Source of the DNA: Felis catus
Lineage: Eukaryota
Length of the DNA stretch: 64,000 nt
Direction of reading: 5' to 3'
Assembly: GCF_018350175.1 (NCBI RefSeq)
Contig: NC_058383.1
Location: 29,390,001 to 29,454,000, forward strand
A program made the translations under genes and the position numbers. Numbering within the stretch: position 1 is the first letter of the stretch; every line of letters begins with the position of its first letter. The notes under the pieces are model-generated. The model searched no databases, had not been told where the DNA came from, and saw nothing but the letters and a program-made list of their open reading frames with translations. Shown here in pieces: positions 12,974 to 27,272 of this stretch.

Positions 12974-13172
12974 TTTTTTTTTTAAATGTTTATTCGTTTT
13001 TTTGGTGGGTGGGAGGGGCACAGAGAGAGAGGGACATATAATCCGAAGCAGGCTCCAGGCCCTGAGCTGTCAGCATAGAGCCTGACGTGGGGCTTGAATT
13101 CACGAACCGTGAGATCATGACCCAAGCTAAGTGAAGTCAGGCGCTTAACCAACTGAGCCACCCAGGTGTCCC
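12974..13172 (-). mobile_element. CAN-SINE
   Basis: Body plus ctgagccacccaggtgtccc head. Confidence 0.92.
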
Positions 13173-13249
13173 AGCAAATATTTTTTGAACAGGTTTACTG
13201 AAATATAACTTAGAAACCTTAAGGTTTGCCTGTTTCTGATGTAGCGGAT

Positions 13250-15075
13250 TTACTTTTCCCAGTGGCATGGGTTAGCAATTTTGGTACCATGTGTATTCTG
13301 GAATTAAACACAGAAGAAAATTCTATGTGTACCATGGGAGCAGGATGGGAGTAGTCCCCCCTGCACCCGGGTCAGATGAGGGGGTTACAAATATGGGAAG
13401 GAGGAGGCAGTGGATAAAAGCAGAGGTGTCAGTAAAGATGCCTGATTTTCAATATACGTAGTGATGCAGGTGGACAAGAATAGATACACAGGTGTGTGTG
13501 TGTGTGTGTGAATAAAAACATGCATTTCATATTGAATTCCTTCTCTCCTGAGAAGATCAAGAAGCAATGAACAAACAGTAGCGATGGACACCCCCGGCTC
13601 CCAGGTCTTGGTCTATAAATACTGCAGTGAAATCAACCAGACTTCCTAAGAGAAATGGCTGACGCCAGGGAAAGATGAGCAAAAGCTGAGCCGGGAGCAC
13701 ATTGCTGTGTGTAGTCAAAGACGATGGGAACCTGTCAAAAGGACACGGAAGCCAGCTTGAGGGAGCACCACCTGGCCAAACCTAAGACAATCTGAACATC
13801 AAAATTAATAATAAGAGAACTATTAAGAAATAGCATGATTTGCTAATAAATAGACTAAGACTCCATGATTCCATGCTGATATAAATTCATAAATAAAGGG
13901 GGCACAAAGGAAAGCTTGTCTTTAAAGCAGAATGTCATCGAATAAATGTAAGGAATGATGGAATTAGAAAATCACTGCTTAGCAATTACCAGCATAATAG
14001 TTCTAGGCAAGAATTACCAATGGGTACTAAAACAATTCAGTATAGGTGAGAGTTTGAAAGGGGCAAGATTTTCATATAATGGCAAAGCATTTCCTCACAA
14101 TATACTTATTACTTACAAAATTACAAAGAGAAAAACACTAACTTTGCCGTGGAGGAACCTGGAAGATAGATACTACCTTAACCATATGCCCGAAATTAAC
14201 ACCACCAGTTAACAGGTCAAAATGATATCCTTTGCCACCGAGAAGCCACAACACCACTTCTGTGCTCTTCCTGCCCAAGGGGCCCGGCCTAATCTAATCA
14301 TGAGGAGCCAAGAGACGAACCCAAGTTACTGACTGTCATTCCACAAAATGTGATAAAAGACTTAAAAAAAAAAAAAAAAAAGAAAAGAAAAAGAGAGGAA
14401 TAAGCCTACAGAACTGTTCCATTCTAAAGAAGACGGAGAAACCTGACAAATGTAACCTGTGATCTGGGACTGGAACATGAAACATGGAAAACATATTTTT
14501 ATTTCTTTTGCTATAAAGGATATTATTAGTGGGAAAACTGGCATAATTTGAATAAGGTCTGGGGTTAGTATTGTATTGATGTTAATTACTGATTTAAATA
14601 ATTATACTGTGGTTACATAAGACTGTCGTTATTTTTAGGAAACACACAACCAAGTGTTTAAAAAATTTTTTCTATGTTTATTTATTTTTGAGAGAGAGAC
14701 AGACAGAGCACGAGCAGGGGAAGGGCAGAGAGAGAGGGAGACACAGAATCCAAAGTAGACTCCAGGCTCTGAGCTACCAGCACAGAGCCCCATGTGGGGC
14801 TCGAACCCACGAACCGTGAGATTGTGACCTGAGCCAAAGTCGGGCTCTCAACCGACTGAGCCACCCAGGCAAGTGTTTAGGGGTAAAAAAAGGCATCCTG
14901 TCTGCAACTTACTCTCAAATAGTTCTGGGAAAAAACATTATGTATAGAAATGGAAAGAGCAGGGTAAAGCAAGTGTGATCATCTGGGGAATCTGGATATA
15001 GGCTATACGGGAATTCTTGGTACTATTTTTGCAACTTTCCTGGAAGTCAGAAATCATTTCAAAATAAAGTTTCAG
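13250..15075 (+). mobile_element. L1MC-like 3' region
   Basis: cttcctaagagaaatggctga motif also seen at 23130; typical end gggaattcttggtactatttttgcaactttcc...aaaataaagtt. Confidence 0.7.
14661..14870 (-). mobile_element. CAN-SINE
   Basis: TSD caagtgttta (14651 / 14870). Confidence 0.94.
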
Positions 15076-15605
15076 AAAATGAATCAAACTGGACATGATG
15101 GACCTGCGTGCATTACAGTGAATGTAAAGTATCCCTCAACCTTTAAAAATTTTAGTAACAAAAATTCTTCAAGTAGGTAAGAATGCTGTGAATACGCTGC
15201 CAATAAATGCATAAAGTGGTATATTTTAGAAAGCCACTGGAACTATGCTAAAGAATGCAGAAAGAGGTCTGAGATGTTTGAGCCTGCAATTCAGTTTGAG
15301 CCTTTCATTCTAAAGAAATATTCTGGAATACACACACACACACAAATATACATATATCTGTATGAACAAAACCATGTGTGTGCGGTGCTATTCATCCCAG
15401 TACTAACCACAGTGGTAAAGACACGATCCAACTGTTAATCAACAAGGGAGTACATAAATTGGGACATATATATAATGACATCTTGTACAGCCACTGAAGT
15501 AATGGCTTCAAAACTGGAAAATAATTACTAGGTGCTCACAATGAGCCAAAGAAGTAAGAGGGATTTCTTTTTTCCACAGGAATATTTAACAACGTGGAAA
15601 ATATT

Positions 15606-15817
15606 GGGGCGCCTGGGTGGCTCAGTCGGTTAAGCGTCCGGCTTCAGCTCAGGTCATGATCTCGCGGTTTGTGAGTTCGAGCCCCGTGTCGGGCTCTGTG
15701 CTGACAGCTCAGACCCGGGAGCCTGCTTTGGATTCTGTGTCTCCCTCTCTCTCTGCCCCTTCCCTGCTCATGCTCTGTCTCTCAAAAATGAATAAACGTT
15801 AATTTTTTTTTTAAAAG
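15606..15817 (+). mobile_element. CAN-SINE
   Basis: TSD aac(g/a)tggaaaatatt (15591 / 15818). Confidence 0.95.
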
Positions 15818-16544
15818 AACATGGAAAATATTTACTGTAAGATGAAAGGAGAAAAGGCTGCCATAAAAATGCATGCTCAGTATAGTCTCCATTTTCTTTC
15901 TAAAAATTATATGAATGGAGAAAAGATCAGGACAAAATACTGTGAATGACAGGACTTACAGTTTACTTACATGCTTTTGCTATTTATCTCTCCAAATGTT
16001 AAAAATGATCTAAATAGAGCATACATTGTATTTATGATGAAAAAAATGCTAAACCTTAATAAAATGTTTTCTGTAGTAAAATATCCTGAATTGACAATCC
16101 AAACTATCTTGCCACAGTAATAGTCTATATGTCATTCATTTAAACAAATTCTAAGCTATTAGAATTCTAGATAAGCAAATACATAACTCCACGAAAAGAA
16201 GCAAGACAGCCATTTGAGAAAGCAATTAACAGTTTTAAAGCATTTCTACAAATTTAAAATTGAGAATAAATGAGTAATTTATTTCATCAGAACTGTCAGC
16301 AAATCATTATATTCTGACACTTTGCAAAATAAATATTTCCTTATCTTATGATTCTGATACTGTTCTAGGAAATGACTCTGACATATTACACACTATTGTC
16401 ATTCTTTGTTTATTATTTGTATAATAATACAATACAATACAATAATACAATAAATGTGCCTGACATTTCTTTTAAAACATTAAGAGTAAAGTCACTTGAA
16501 AAGAACTAACAAAATTAAAAAAAACAAAAAACAAAAAACTTTTT

Positions 16545-16771
16545 GGGGCGCCTGGGTGGCTCAGTCCGTCGAGAGTCTGACTTCGGCTCAGATCATGATC
16601 TCGTGGCTGGTGAGTTTGAGCCTCATATCAGGCTCTGAGCTGTCAGCATGGAGCCTGCCTCAGGATCCTCTGTGGCCTTCTCTCTCTGCCCCTCCCCTGC
16701 TTGTTCTCTCTCTCCCTCTCTCCCTCTCTCTCGGTCTCTGTCTCTCGCTCAAAAACAAATAAACATCAAAT
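16545..16771 (+). mobile_element. CAN-SINE
   Basis: ggggcgcctgggtggctcag head, (ct)n, A-rich tail. Confidence 0.92.
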
Positions 16772-17124
16772 AAAAAACCTTTTCTACCTAACAAACATCC
16801 CATCTAGTTTGAACGTCTGCGGAACAGATGACATAACGTGCTCCCAGCCGCAAAGCCACATTCTGGTAGAGCAACCTCATAACGCTAATGAGACAAGACC
16901 ATTTTCATGAAGAGTTTATGGCGTACGAGTAACAACCATTCCAGAATTTCGAACTATAAAATTCATTTATAATAATTCTGCCATCTCACCAACTGGCATT
17001 CTCTCATTTACCCTGTACACATCTTTCCATGAAGCACACAATAAGGGGGGATGGCATTTTAGGTATAACATAGAAATGAGAATTACATTTTAACTCTTCG
17101 AATCCAATAAAACACAACCAATTC

Positions 17125-17355
17125 AATAACAATCGCTGTAGCTATTTACTGAGCGCTCACTGTGTCTAAGACACTGCTAAGAACTTTGTTCGTCTCGTTC
17201 CATTTACCTCCCTCAACCACCCTAACGACAGGCACAGTTACTGTACTTTCATCCCAGGTCCCCGATGAAGAAACCAAAAGGGTGGTGAGGTAACTGGCTG
17301 CGATTCTGAAACTAGAACTAGCTGTCCATAGAGTCCAAAGTCCATGCTCTTAGCC
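17125..17355 (-). mobile_element. MIR SINE
   Basis: tatttactgagcgctcactgtgt...gatgaagaaacc...tccaaagtccatgctcttagcca. Confidence 0.75.
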
Positions 17356-18938
17356 AGGAGACATCTTAAGACTCCATGCGCTAACTAAATAAGGGACACT
17401 TTAACAAATGGAATTAAGATGTGTTTGAATAGTCACAAAAATGGTAGTGTATTTTAAAGAAAGATTTTAGTCTACGGGAAAATAAATACATAGCTAAAAA
17501 CGATTTAAGTGTCCAAGAGTAAAGATTTGGTTAAACTATACCTGATGTACTCACTTGAGGCAGTATGCAATAATTAAATTGTTGCTTATAAAGCAAAAAA
17601 TTTTTTAAAAACTACAAAAAAGTATATTAAATTGGAAACAAAACAAAACAATACAACTCAGGAAACAACTCTACCTAAGTGACGTTTTAAAACCAAAACG
17701 ACTGCACCTAAGAAAGATTAAGACGGCACTACACAATTTAACTGTGGTTACCTGTTACCTGAGAAGTGGGAAAATGTATTAACCTTTTTGTCTTTCCTTT
17801 TCTTCTTTCTCATCAATTTGCCATAAGTATATGTTACTGCCATTTTTAGGACAGTCCAGCTATCTTCAAAAGCGCTAATAGGCTACGTGTCTAAGCCGCA
17901 CAAAAAGACCAAAGAAAACACAAAAACAAGCATGAGGAGTGTCAACAATGACTTGCAATAAACACACTTCTCGTACAAACTGGTATCGGCTCTTTATTTA
18001 TGATCACAATGCTTTCTTTTCCAGGCTACTGTGTTTGCTGGAGTTTCAATTTTTCCCCTAAACATTATTTTTGGAAACATGAAGATCTTCTTTAAACCTC
18101 GGAGAACAGTGCTAACATGTTGGCTTACGAGGAGTTAGGAAGCGTCAAAGGGGAGGGTGAGAACGCCTCACCAGGAAGAGAAACAGGAAAGAAGATAGGA
18201 AGCAGAAAGGTGAATTTATCTCAAGCGTTGTCGAGGAGAAACCTTTTCTTAGTCATAACACTAGAGACGATACACAGAAAACAAATGTGAAGGAAAGAAA
18301 TCCAGAAAGAAAATGCGAAGTGGGATATCCGTTGTATTCAGATTTAATACATAACACATTTTCGTAAGTAAAATTTATTAAGGAAGGACACCAAACCTTG
18401 GGAAGTAACACGACAACGCACATCTCTGCTGCATCTATGAGATGACAATTTCAAGCGAACCACGAAAAAAAGGCTGGGAAACCAGAATATTCTAGGAATA
18501 GTCTTAAAATAACGGGCAAATTCTTGGACACAGAGATCTGTAAAGCACGGAACTGCATATAGCTAAATTAAATGCAGCTGACAATAACATCGGCGTCACC
18601 AGCAACCATCAATTCCTTTCAAGGTCAGGTTTATTACCACTTCACAACATTCTGTCATAGCATGGAACTTCGTGAGCATCAGAGAGCCTAAAAAATGGAT
18701 GGGCCCTCTCGGCCCTAAGCAGGGTCTCGTAATTTCCAGAGGCTGGTGCTGGTACTATAAATCAGAGCGGGCAAAAAAGGAGATTTCCTCAAGTATGTGC
18801 CAGTTGAGTGACAGGAGTTTTCAGTCACAAAGGGCAAGGCTGCTGGAAGAAGATGCTCACTTACGGTATACTAGGTCACACATACGCAATGAAACAAGAA
18901 AAAACAGTATAATGTCAGCAATCACATAGAAGCCCCAT

Positions 18939-19182
18939 GTTTTAAAAATTTAGATTCAAGTTAGTTAACATACACTGTAGTCTTGGTTTCTAGAGTAGAA
19001 CTCAGTGATTCATCACCTGCGTACAATACCCCGTGCTCGTCCCAACAAGTGCCCTCCTCAGTGCCCATCGACCATTTAGTCCACTCCCCGCCCAACACCC
19101 TGCCTGCAGCCCTCAGTTTGTTCTCTGTATTTAAGAGTCTCTTGCGGTTTGTCTTTCTGGTTTTGTATTATCTTCGCTTCCC
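18939..19182 (-). mobile_element. Short carnivore L1 3' end
   Basis: Antisense to the 3' UTR at 10310-10550; TSD tagaagccc(c/t)at at 18927 and 19183. Confidence 0.88.
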
Positions 19183-19638
19183 TAGAAGCCCTATTTTTTT
19201 CAGATAAGGAATATTTTCAAAAACATGGGTTTTTCTTGGGTTTCCTTAAATCTGGCTGCTCTGTTTCTATAGCAAATACAACACCAATAAACACTCATCA
19301 GTGACTGTGGAATGAGCTGAACTTCTGGATTATTCCCTGAGAGAACAGACTGTGGCTCCCCCTGTACAGCCCTAGCATTTGGCACAGAGTCCAACACTTA
19401 ACAAAAACACACTGCATCAATAAACAATGATCACAAAACCAGTGAGGTCACAATGCATCCATCAACAATGGCAACATAACCGCCACCTATTGTCGCTTTC
19501 TTTAAAATACACATGTGTACACACATACTTACACAAGACCCTAATGTAACATACACAAATAAACTCACTCGGGGGCGTTTCTAGCAGTTTTGGCATAAAT
19601 AAATCCTTATCTGAATTGATGCAGAATGAAATGTCTTT

Positions 19639-19852
19639 TTTTTTTTTTTTAAACTTTTAAATGTTTATTTTTGAGAGAGACAGGGTGTGAACGGAGGAGG
19701 GGCAGAGGGAGAGGGAGACACAAAATCTGAAGCAAGCTCCAGAGTCTGAGCTGTCAGTACAGAGCCTGACGTGGGACTGGAACTCAAGAACTGCGAGATC
19801 CTGACCTGAGCCGAAGTCGGATGCTCAACCAATTGAGCCACCCGGGCGTCCC
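19639..19852 (-). mobile_element. CAN-SINE
   Basis: TSD cagaatgaaa(t/c)gtcttt. Confidence 0.95.
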
Positions 19853-19899
19853 CAGAATGAAACGTCTTTTAAAGGGATTTTCACCTCAAATTTCACAGA

Positions 19900-20945
19900 A
19901 ACAGATTAGTATGTAACAAGTAGCAAAGGGTTATTAAAAGTCTACCAAGTTATCAACAAAGCAGAGCAGAAAGCTATGTTTAGGTCATGAAATCAGAGTA
20001 TGTAAAATGAGATTTAAAAATCAATTTTATTTACAACACCGTCAAAAATAGATGTATATACAAGATTCTATATGAAAAGCTAGAAAGCACTGCTGAGAGA
20101 AATTAAGGAAGGCCCATATAAATGGAGAGAGATCATACTGACCAGCTGGAATTTAGATGTCAGTTTACCCCAAAGTGATCTACAGATTCAGCACAGTCCC
20201 AATCATATTCCATCTAGTTTTTTTTTTTTTTTTCAGAATATGACTCTAAAATAGACATGGAAATGCAATGGATCTAGAATATCCAGAGCATTCTTACAAA
20301 AGGAGAACGCAATTGGGGGGTTTATCCTACTCGATTTCAAGAGTGACTATAAAACTGCAGTAATCGAGACTATATAGTACTGGAATAAGAATTAAGAAAC
20401 AGATCGATGGAACAGAATGAGAAGCAGACACACATCCACACTTAAATGGTCTTTGGATTTCAGACAAAGGTGCCAAAGCAATCCAATGGGGAAAGGGAGA
20501 CTTTAACAAATGGTGCTGAAAACAATCAGAAATCTGTATGGAAGATCATCTTCAACCCCTACCTCACACCAGACATAAAAGCTAATCTGAAATATATCAC
20601 AGACATACATGTAAAATCAAAAACTAAAAAAGCCTTTAGAAGAACATAAAGGAGAATACTTTCATGGCACGGGGGTAGGCAAAAGTTTCGTGGCGGGGGG
20701 TGGGGAGCAAAAATCATAACAAATTGATAAATTAGACTTGACCAAAAACGAAACCTTTCCTCATCAAAAGACACTTTGTGAAAATGAATAAGGAAGCTGC
20801 ACACTATGAGAACATGCATGAAATGCTTACTTGACAAGTATCAAGGGTATATAAAGAACTGCAACCATTTCATAAGAAAGCTGGCTTAAAATTAGGCCAA
20901 AGTGTCTTAGACAGTACTATTACAAGAAATTGTCTGAATGGGACC
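19900..20945 (+). mobile_element. Ancient L1M ORF2 fragment
   Basis: tatagtactggaataagaat, gacaaaggtgccaaagcaatccaatgg, cctacctcacaccagacataaaa. Confidence 0.75.
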
Positions 20946-21324
20946 TGAGCGAGACTGTCATCTCAGAGAGCGCCTGGGCAGAAGCACAGGCGATGGACTG
21001 GGGTGGAGAAACTCAAGAAGGAGAGCGCAGGTGACGTGCTCTCAAAATAGGCTCATTTTATAGAAATACTGAACCCTGATGGTACACACGTTGACATCTG
21101 CAGGGAAACGTGCACAGATGCTTTTTGAATCGCCAAAAAAAAAAAAAAAAAAAAAAAAAAAAGACAGACTGATGATTGGAGGGAGGGCGATGATTACGCC
21201 TGAGATCAAACAAGCACGAAGAAGTAATAATGGGAGAGCGGAGGTGGGAGGGGGAACAAATGAGACGTCATCTTCCTGTCGTTTCTCAGGTAATGTTTGT
21301 ATTACTTTAAAAATTATTATTTTT

Positions 21325-22975
21325 TAATTTTTTAACTTTTAATTTTAACATACATACTAACAAGCCACATGTCGTAAGTGTATTACTCGCTGGATGTTCA
21401 CGAACTGGACACGCTCACGCAACCGGCCGCAGGGAACCCAACATCTCCTGTACCCTAAGAGCTCTTGCGCTGTGCTTCCTTTCCAGTCACTTCTCTCCTG
21501 ATAGGGGTGGCTGCTGTCCTGGTTTCTAACACCACGGCATAGTGTTACCTGGTTTGGGACTTCGTTAGCAGAATCGTAGCATATACAGTCTTTTGTGACT
21601 AGCTGCCTTTACTCCGTGTCATTTTTGCGAGAGTCACACATATTGTCACATGTAGGTGCGGTGTACGCATCCCCAGCGCTCTACGCCACCGTGTGGTACG
21701 TCACTAATGAACTGGCTTCTGCGGGCGGGCATCTGGCAGCCTCCAGGCCTTCCCTCTAACAGGCAGCGTGGCGGTGAGCATCCCCGTAGACTGAGCCACG
21801 TGAAATGGCTCAGAGAACCTACAGAAGATGACACCTCCACATCACTCAGATTAATACATCAGCTTCTGATGAACACAGCTAGAGATGTCCCCTGAGTAAA
21901 ATCTAGGAGTGGACTTGCTGATACTTAGAATTATGCACAGGTTCCCTATCCAAACTTCCTTCTGTCGTTTAGATTTTACTTTTTAAAGTTTATTTACGTA
22001 CTCTGAGAGAAAGGGGGAGGGACAGAAAGAGCAGGCGTGGGGGAGGGCCAGAGAGAGGGAGAGAATCCCAAGCAGGCTCTGTGCTGTCAGTGGCAAGCCT
22101 GACACAGGGCTCGATCCCACAAACCGCGAGATCATGACCTGAGCCGAAATCGAGAGTTGGACACTTAACTGACTAAGCCATCCAGGCACCCCACACGCAG
22201 AAGTTTTCTAAAATAGTTACCCCAGTTTACACATCCACCACCTGTTCCGTACACCATGCTCCTTGGTACGCCTAGTGTGTTCCTCTCCCTTTTTGCTGTC
22301 CTAGTAGGCATGTGGTAATGCCTCACTGAGATTTGCACCCGTGCTGCTTTGATGACCCATGGACACACATCTGTATATATGCACACCGTTTGATTCCCTC
22401 TTTTGTGACGTGTGCGTCAAGGCTTTTGTCTGGTTCTTTATATTGGCTTGTAGGAGTCCTTTTTATGTTCTGGAAACGAATCTTTTGTTAACCACATCCA
22501 TTAAAAATGCTCTCTTCCCACTCTTCTGGGTTGCTGTTTCTCTCTCAAAGATGCCTTTGGTGCACAAGAGTTATTAATTTAAATATAATGCAATCAATCA
22601 CGTTTTTCTTTTATGAGTAATGCTTTCTGTATGCTGTTTAAGAAATTTTTGTTCATTTCAAGGTTATGGAGATGTTTTTCCCTAAGAGCTTTCTTGCTTT
22701 ACCTCTCAGAGTTGGATTTTTTTGCATGTATGTATGATTTAAATATCCAATGAATATTTAATCCAGAACCACTTATTTAAAAAGACCACCCTTTCCCACT
22801 GCATGTACGTGTTACCTTTGTAGTGAGTTAAGTGACTAAATACTATCTATTTCTGATTTCTCTATTCTATTCCACTACTCAGACTGTTTATCTGTCTAGT
22901 GTTATAGCAGGTCTTGATATGTGGAAATGTAAATCCTCTGGTTTCATTCATATTCTTCAGACTGCATGGCTTCTC
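21325..22975 (-). mobile_element. Ancient L1ME-like 3' part, locally GC-shifted
   Basis: Colinear with the antisense L1M 3' end at 7185-7702 and ORF2 end; interrupted by a SINE. Confidence 0.7.
21980..22192 (-). mobile_element. CAN-SINE
   Basis: Body plus ctaagccatccaggcacccc head. Confidence 0.92.
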
Positions 22976-23009
22976 CAGCTGTAACTAATGATTAAAAGGG
23001 GAAAAAAAA

Positions 23010-24900
23010 TGTGCTAGCTCCGTCCACTGAAAAGGCTAAGAAGCAACGACACCCAAGTAACAATGAATGTGCTTAGCTCTCAGATCTTGGTTTCTAAAAA
23101 CTATACCTTAATAAAAGGAACGAGGGATCCTTAGAGAAAGGGCTAATTTCAGGACTGGGGCATGAAAGTATAAGGAGATCCTGAAATATTCTTTTCCAGG
23201 AAGTAGGTAAGGGCTCAAAAATTAAGGGGGATGGGTCAAAGGGACACAAAAGCCCCATGAACAAGGCTCTCATTGGCCAAATTTGGGACAATGTGTGTAT
23301 CAGGAATGATGACAGAAATGGATAATACCTTTCCCAATATACAAAATAATCTATGAGTCCATAGTGATACTTCCCTTAGAAAAGAAGGTTCTAGAAGAAT
23401 GCCAGCTAATAGAAAAGGAATGTCAGAATTAGAAAACCATCAAGTACCTTTATAATAATTTATTTAAACAAAAATTGTCATTAAAAGCATGGGTGAAAGA
23501 TGCTTGTGAAAGAGAACAGAAAGTCTCAAGGTACTATCTCACATACTACTTTATAACTAATCATACTGTAACTGATAATATTTACAAAAAGGAAACAGGG
23601 CATTTACATAGGAGAAGTAGAAGGTGAACACTACCTTAAACAAGTGATCAAAATGAGCATCACAGTAATGGAACAAATGTCATGTATCTTCTGATGTGAT
23701 TCACTGAGGACATAATTTTACCTATGTAATATTCCCACTGAAATGTGTAACTTGAGCTGATTGGAAGGACCTAAACAGACAAATTCAACCTGAGGGTCAT
23801 TCTGCAAAATAAATGGCCTCAACTTTTAAAAAATGCCAAGTCTGTGAAACATTAAAAAAAACAAAAAGTGGTCATGAATGCAAAATGGTATAGCCACTTT
23901 GGAAAATAGTTTGGTGGCTTCTTATGAACCTAAATATACTCTTACCATACATTCCAACAATTATGCTCTTTGGTTTTTACCCTGAGGAATTGAAAACTTA
24001 CGTTTACACGAAAACCTGCACACAAATGTTTACAGCAGCCTTCACCATAAATGCCAAAATTTGGAAGCAACTGAGATGTCCTTCAGTAGGTCAACTACTG
24101 AATGGATAAACAAAGTGAGGTATACCCAGACAACGGAATATTACTCAGCACTAAAAGGAAATGAGCTATCGAGCCGTGGAAAGACACGGAGGAACATTTA
24201 AATACATATTATTAAGTGAAAGAAGCCAGTCTGAAAATGCTACCTATTGTATGATTCTAATTATATGGCATTATGGGAAAGGCAAACTATGGAGATAATA
24301 AAAAGATCAGTGGTTGCAAGGCTGGGGGTTGGGCGGGCATGAAGACATGAATAGACAGAGCACAGAGGACATTCAGGGCTGTGAAAATACTGTGTGTGAT
24401 ATTATAAGGTGAATGCATGGCGTGATACTTTTGTCCAAACCCAGGAAATATACAGTAAGAATCAACCCTAAGGTAAACGATGGACGTTTGGTGATTATGC
24501 TGTGTCCATGGAGGGTCAGCCTTGGTAAAATCCTTCTGGTGAGTGACGTTCGTCATGGGGGAGGCTATGCATGTGTGGGGCATATGGGAAATCACTGTAC
24601 CTTCCTCTCACTTCTGTTGTGAACCTCAAACTGCTCTGAAAAAATTAAGTCTTGAAAAAGCAGAGAAAGTGTTCTAGATTAGGGGGGATTAAGGGGTTAT
24701 GACAGCTAAATGCACAAAATGATACAAGATTAGATCCTGGTTTAAAAAAACAATAAAGGACGTTCATTACTGGGAGAAGTGGAGAAATATGAATATGGGG
24801 AATATATTAAGTATACGCTGTATCGATGTTAAGTTTTTAACAAATGCAGTACACAAGAGAAAATACGTACTGTTAGAAGATGCACGTCATACTGACACGT
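23010..24900 (+). mobile_element. L1MC-like 3' region containing a nested younger L1MC fragment (about 23870-24660)
   Basis: gctccgtccactgaaaaggc...cagatcttggtttctaaa; nested part ends gtgaacctcaaactgctctgaaaaaattaagtc. Confidence 0.72.
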
Positions 24901-27050
24901 TCGGGCATGCCTCCAACTTACCATACACTGTTCTTAAATAAAGAGTTGATAAACTGCTCTAAGTTTAGAAGTTAAAAAGAACATGTAGAAAGATTATTAT
25001 CTACTATAGGAAATCAGAAAAATGTCCCTTTATATTTTTCCACAGCAAAGATACAATTGATTTACAGAATGAGTAAAAGGAGATTTTTATTCTAGTCTTT
25101 AAATGTCATACAGTTTAATATGACATAAATTGCCACGAACAGCACGCTCTATTATCAGGCTCTCAATCTTATTGGTAAATCCGAAAATACATTTGTTTAG
25201 AAGGTTAAAAACAACAAAATGACTAGTTGGGCATCTACCACTAGAGGAATCTTGAACATTTCTTCATTCATTCAGCTGAGTACCTTCAAAAGCACGAGGC
25301 AGGAATGAAGAGACACACACAAAACTGCCCGAGGTCTCTGCTCCGGGTGACCACGGTGCCCGGTTGTGTGGCTGGCTCCTAGCACGCAAGCGTCTGACAA
25401 GAGGGTGCGGTGAGCTGTGATGTGGAAGAGGGGGCTGACCACGTCCCGGGGCCCCTATCTGTGGGAGGGACCGTGGGCACAAACTCCCTCCACACCCATC
25501 ACTCGTGCTGGGTAAACTCCAACGGGGCTGTCCGGCACACGCCGAGAGGGTGACGGCGACTGCACAAGGACTTAATCTCCAACAGGCTTTTAAAGGGCAC
25601 TATTCCACTGAAGTAAAATCCTAATTAGAATTTTAGCTTTATATGTGATTATATTTATACCTTTGCAACTATTTTCTGTATATAAAAGTTGGAATAGTCT
25701 ATTTTAGAAATACATTTTATTTAGAAGAAAGAGAGTCAAAATAAAGGTATCTTTCCTGTTCTAACAGTACCCTTTATAACTGGAGAGGTAGCCTAAGAAC
25801 CAACTGTATCTTTAAAACTTCACTCTGTTCCTTTTTAGCTGCTTGTCCTTGCATTATTTAATCTCTCTTTCAGTTTATAGTCCTATAAAATGAAAACACC
25901 TGAAACCCACCTCATAAGGTAAAATGCCTTGACCTATTTCAGGAAGAAACCCTCTCTCTACTGGTAGAATTTAGTATTTTAACTTGGCTATTTGCCAGGT
26001 TGGGTTCCAGGCCTATGGTACAGACAACAGGGAAGAATGTAATCATAGGCAGAAACACACAGAAAAACCTAACACGGTGCCTTATTTGCAGGTGGATTTT
26101 TAAAAAACATACATTGATTCATCATAGCATAGAAGGAAGTAAAAAATGAACTGTTTTGTTTTTGTGAGAAGACAGAGTAGCTAAGAAGGTCAGAATATAA
26201 GTGTTATGTATTTAATTTACATGATTATAATCCTTAAAAAAGCAAAGGCAGGAACAGCACCTTATAAAAAGCATAGAGCTTAAAAATAAAAATTCTATTG
26301 GAAAAGATTCTGCATTCGCGTACTGAGACCACTCACACATAATTCGAATATGTTTTCAAACATTTGGGCTAATCAAATGGAATTGTATATATGAAACATT
26401 TGACAAAAAACAAATATATTCTAAAATGCACAGTTTGAGTATATATTGATGATTCTAATTTTCAGAAATAGTCTTTTCACATTTCATTTATTCAATGGTG
26501 TCTTATTTTTTGGGTTTCCACATCTTATTGTTTATGTATCACCTGGACGAAACAAGACTGAGAACCAGTCCTGATGGCCACTTAGTGGAGCTGCAGACCT
26601 GCCCCGGGCTCTGTTCTTCTGGGTCTCGGGGGCCAGCTCTGACACACAAGCCTCCTTCACCCCGCCCATGACTAGTGACACCCCGGGTATCTGTTCTTTC
26701 TCTCCTAACCCACTTGGGCTTCTCAGCAACTGTAAGACAACCACATGAGGGCACACAGGGACAGCCAGGGTGGCCGTGTGAACCAAGGTGGCAGCTTTTG
26801 ACCTCTGGGCTTCAGGTTGAAGCAGGAGTATAGACCATGGGACCCAGATTACGGAGACTGATCAAATCGCGTTTCTGTGATCCTCAGGTGACCCCAGTAA
26901 TATTCGACTTCACTTCGATTATAGCACGCACAACTCTTTATCAACATAAATTCTCCTTTAAAGCTCTGTCCACAAAGGATGAGAATCTGTGATGTGCTGT
27001 GAACATTCAACCCAGCTCCGAGCAGAATCTGATTCTAAGTAGAATCTGAT

Positions 27051-27272
27051 TTTTTTTTTTAATTTTTTTTTGATGTTTATTTATTTTTGAGAGAGACAGA
27101 GACAGAATGCGAGTGAGTTAGGGCAGAGAGAGAGGGAGGCACAGAATGTGAAGCAGACTGCAGGCTCTGAGCTGTCAGCACAGAGCCCGACGTGGGGCTC
27201 AAACTCACAGACCGTGAGATCATGACCTGAGCCGAAGTCGGACGCTTAACCGACTGAGCCACCCAGGTACCC
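27051..27272 (-). mobile_element. CAN-SINE
   Basis: TSD agtagaatctgatt. Confidence 0.95.
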
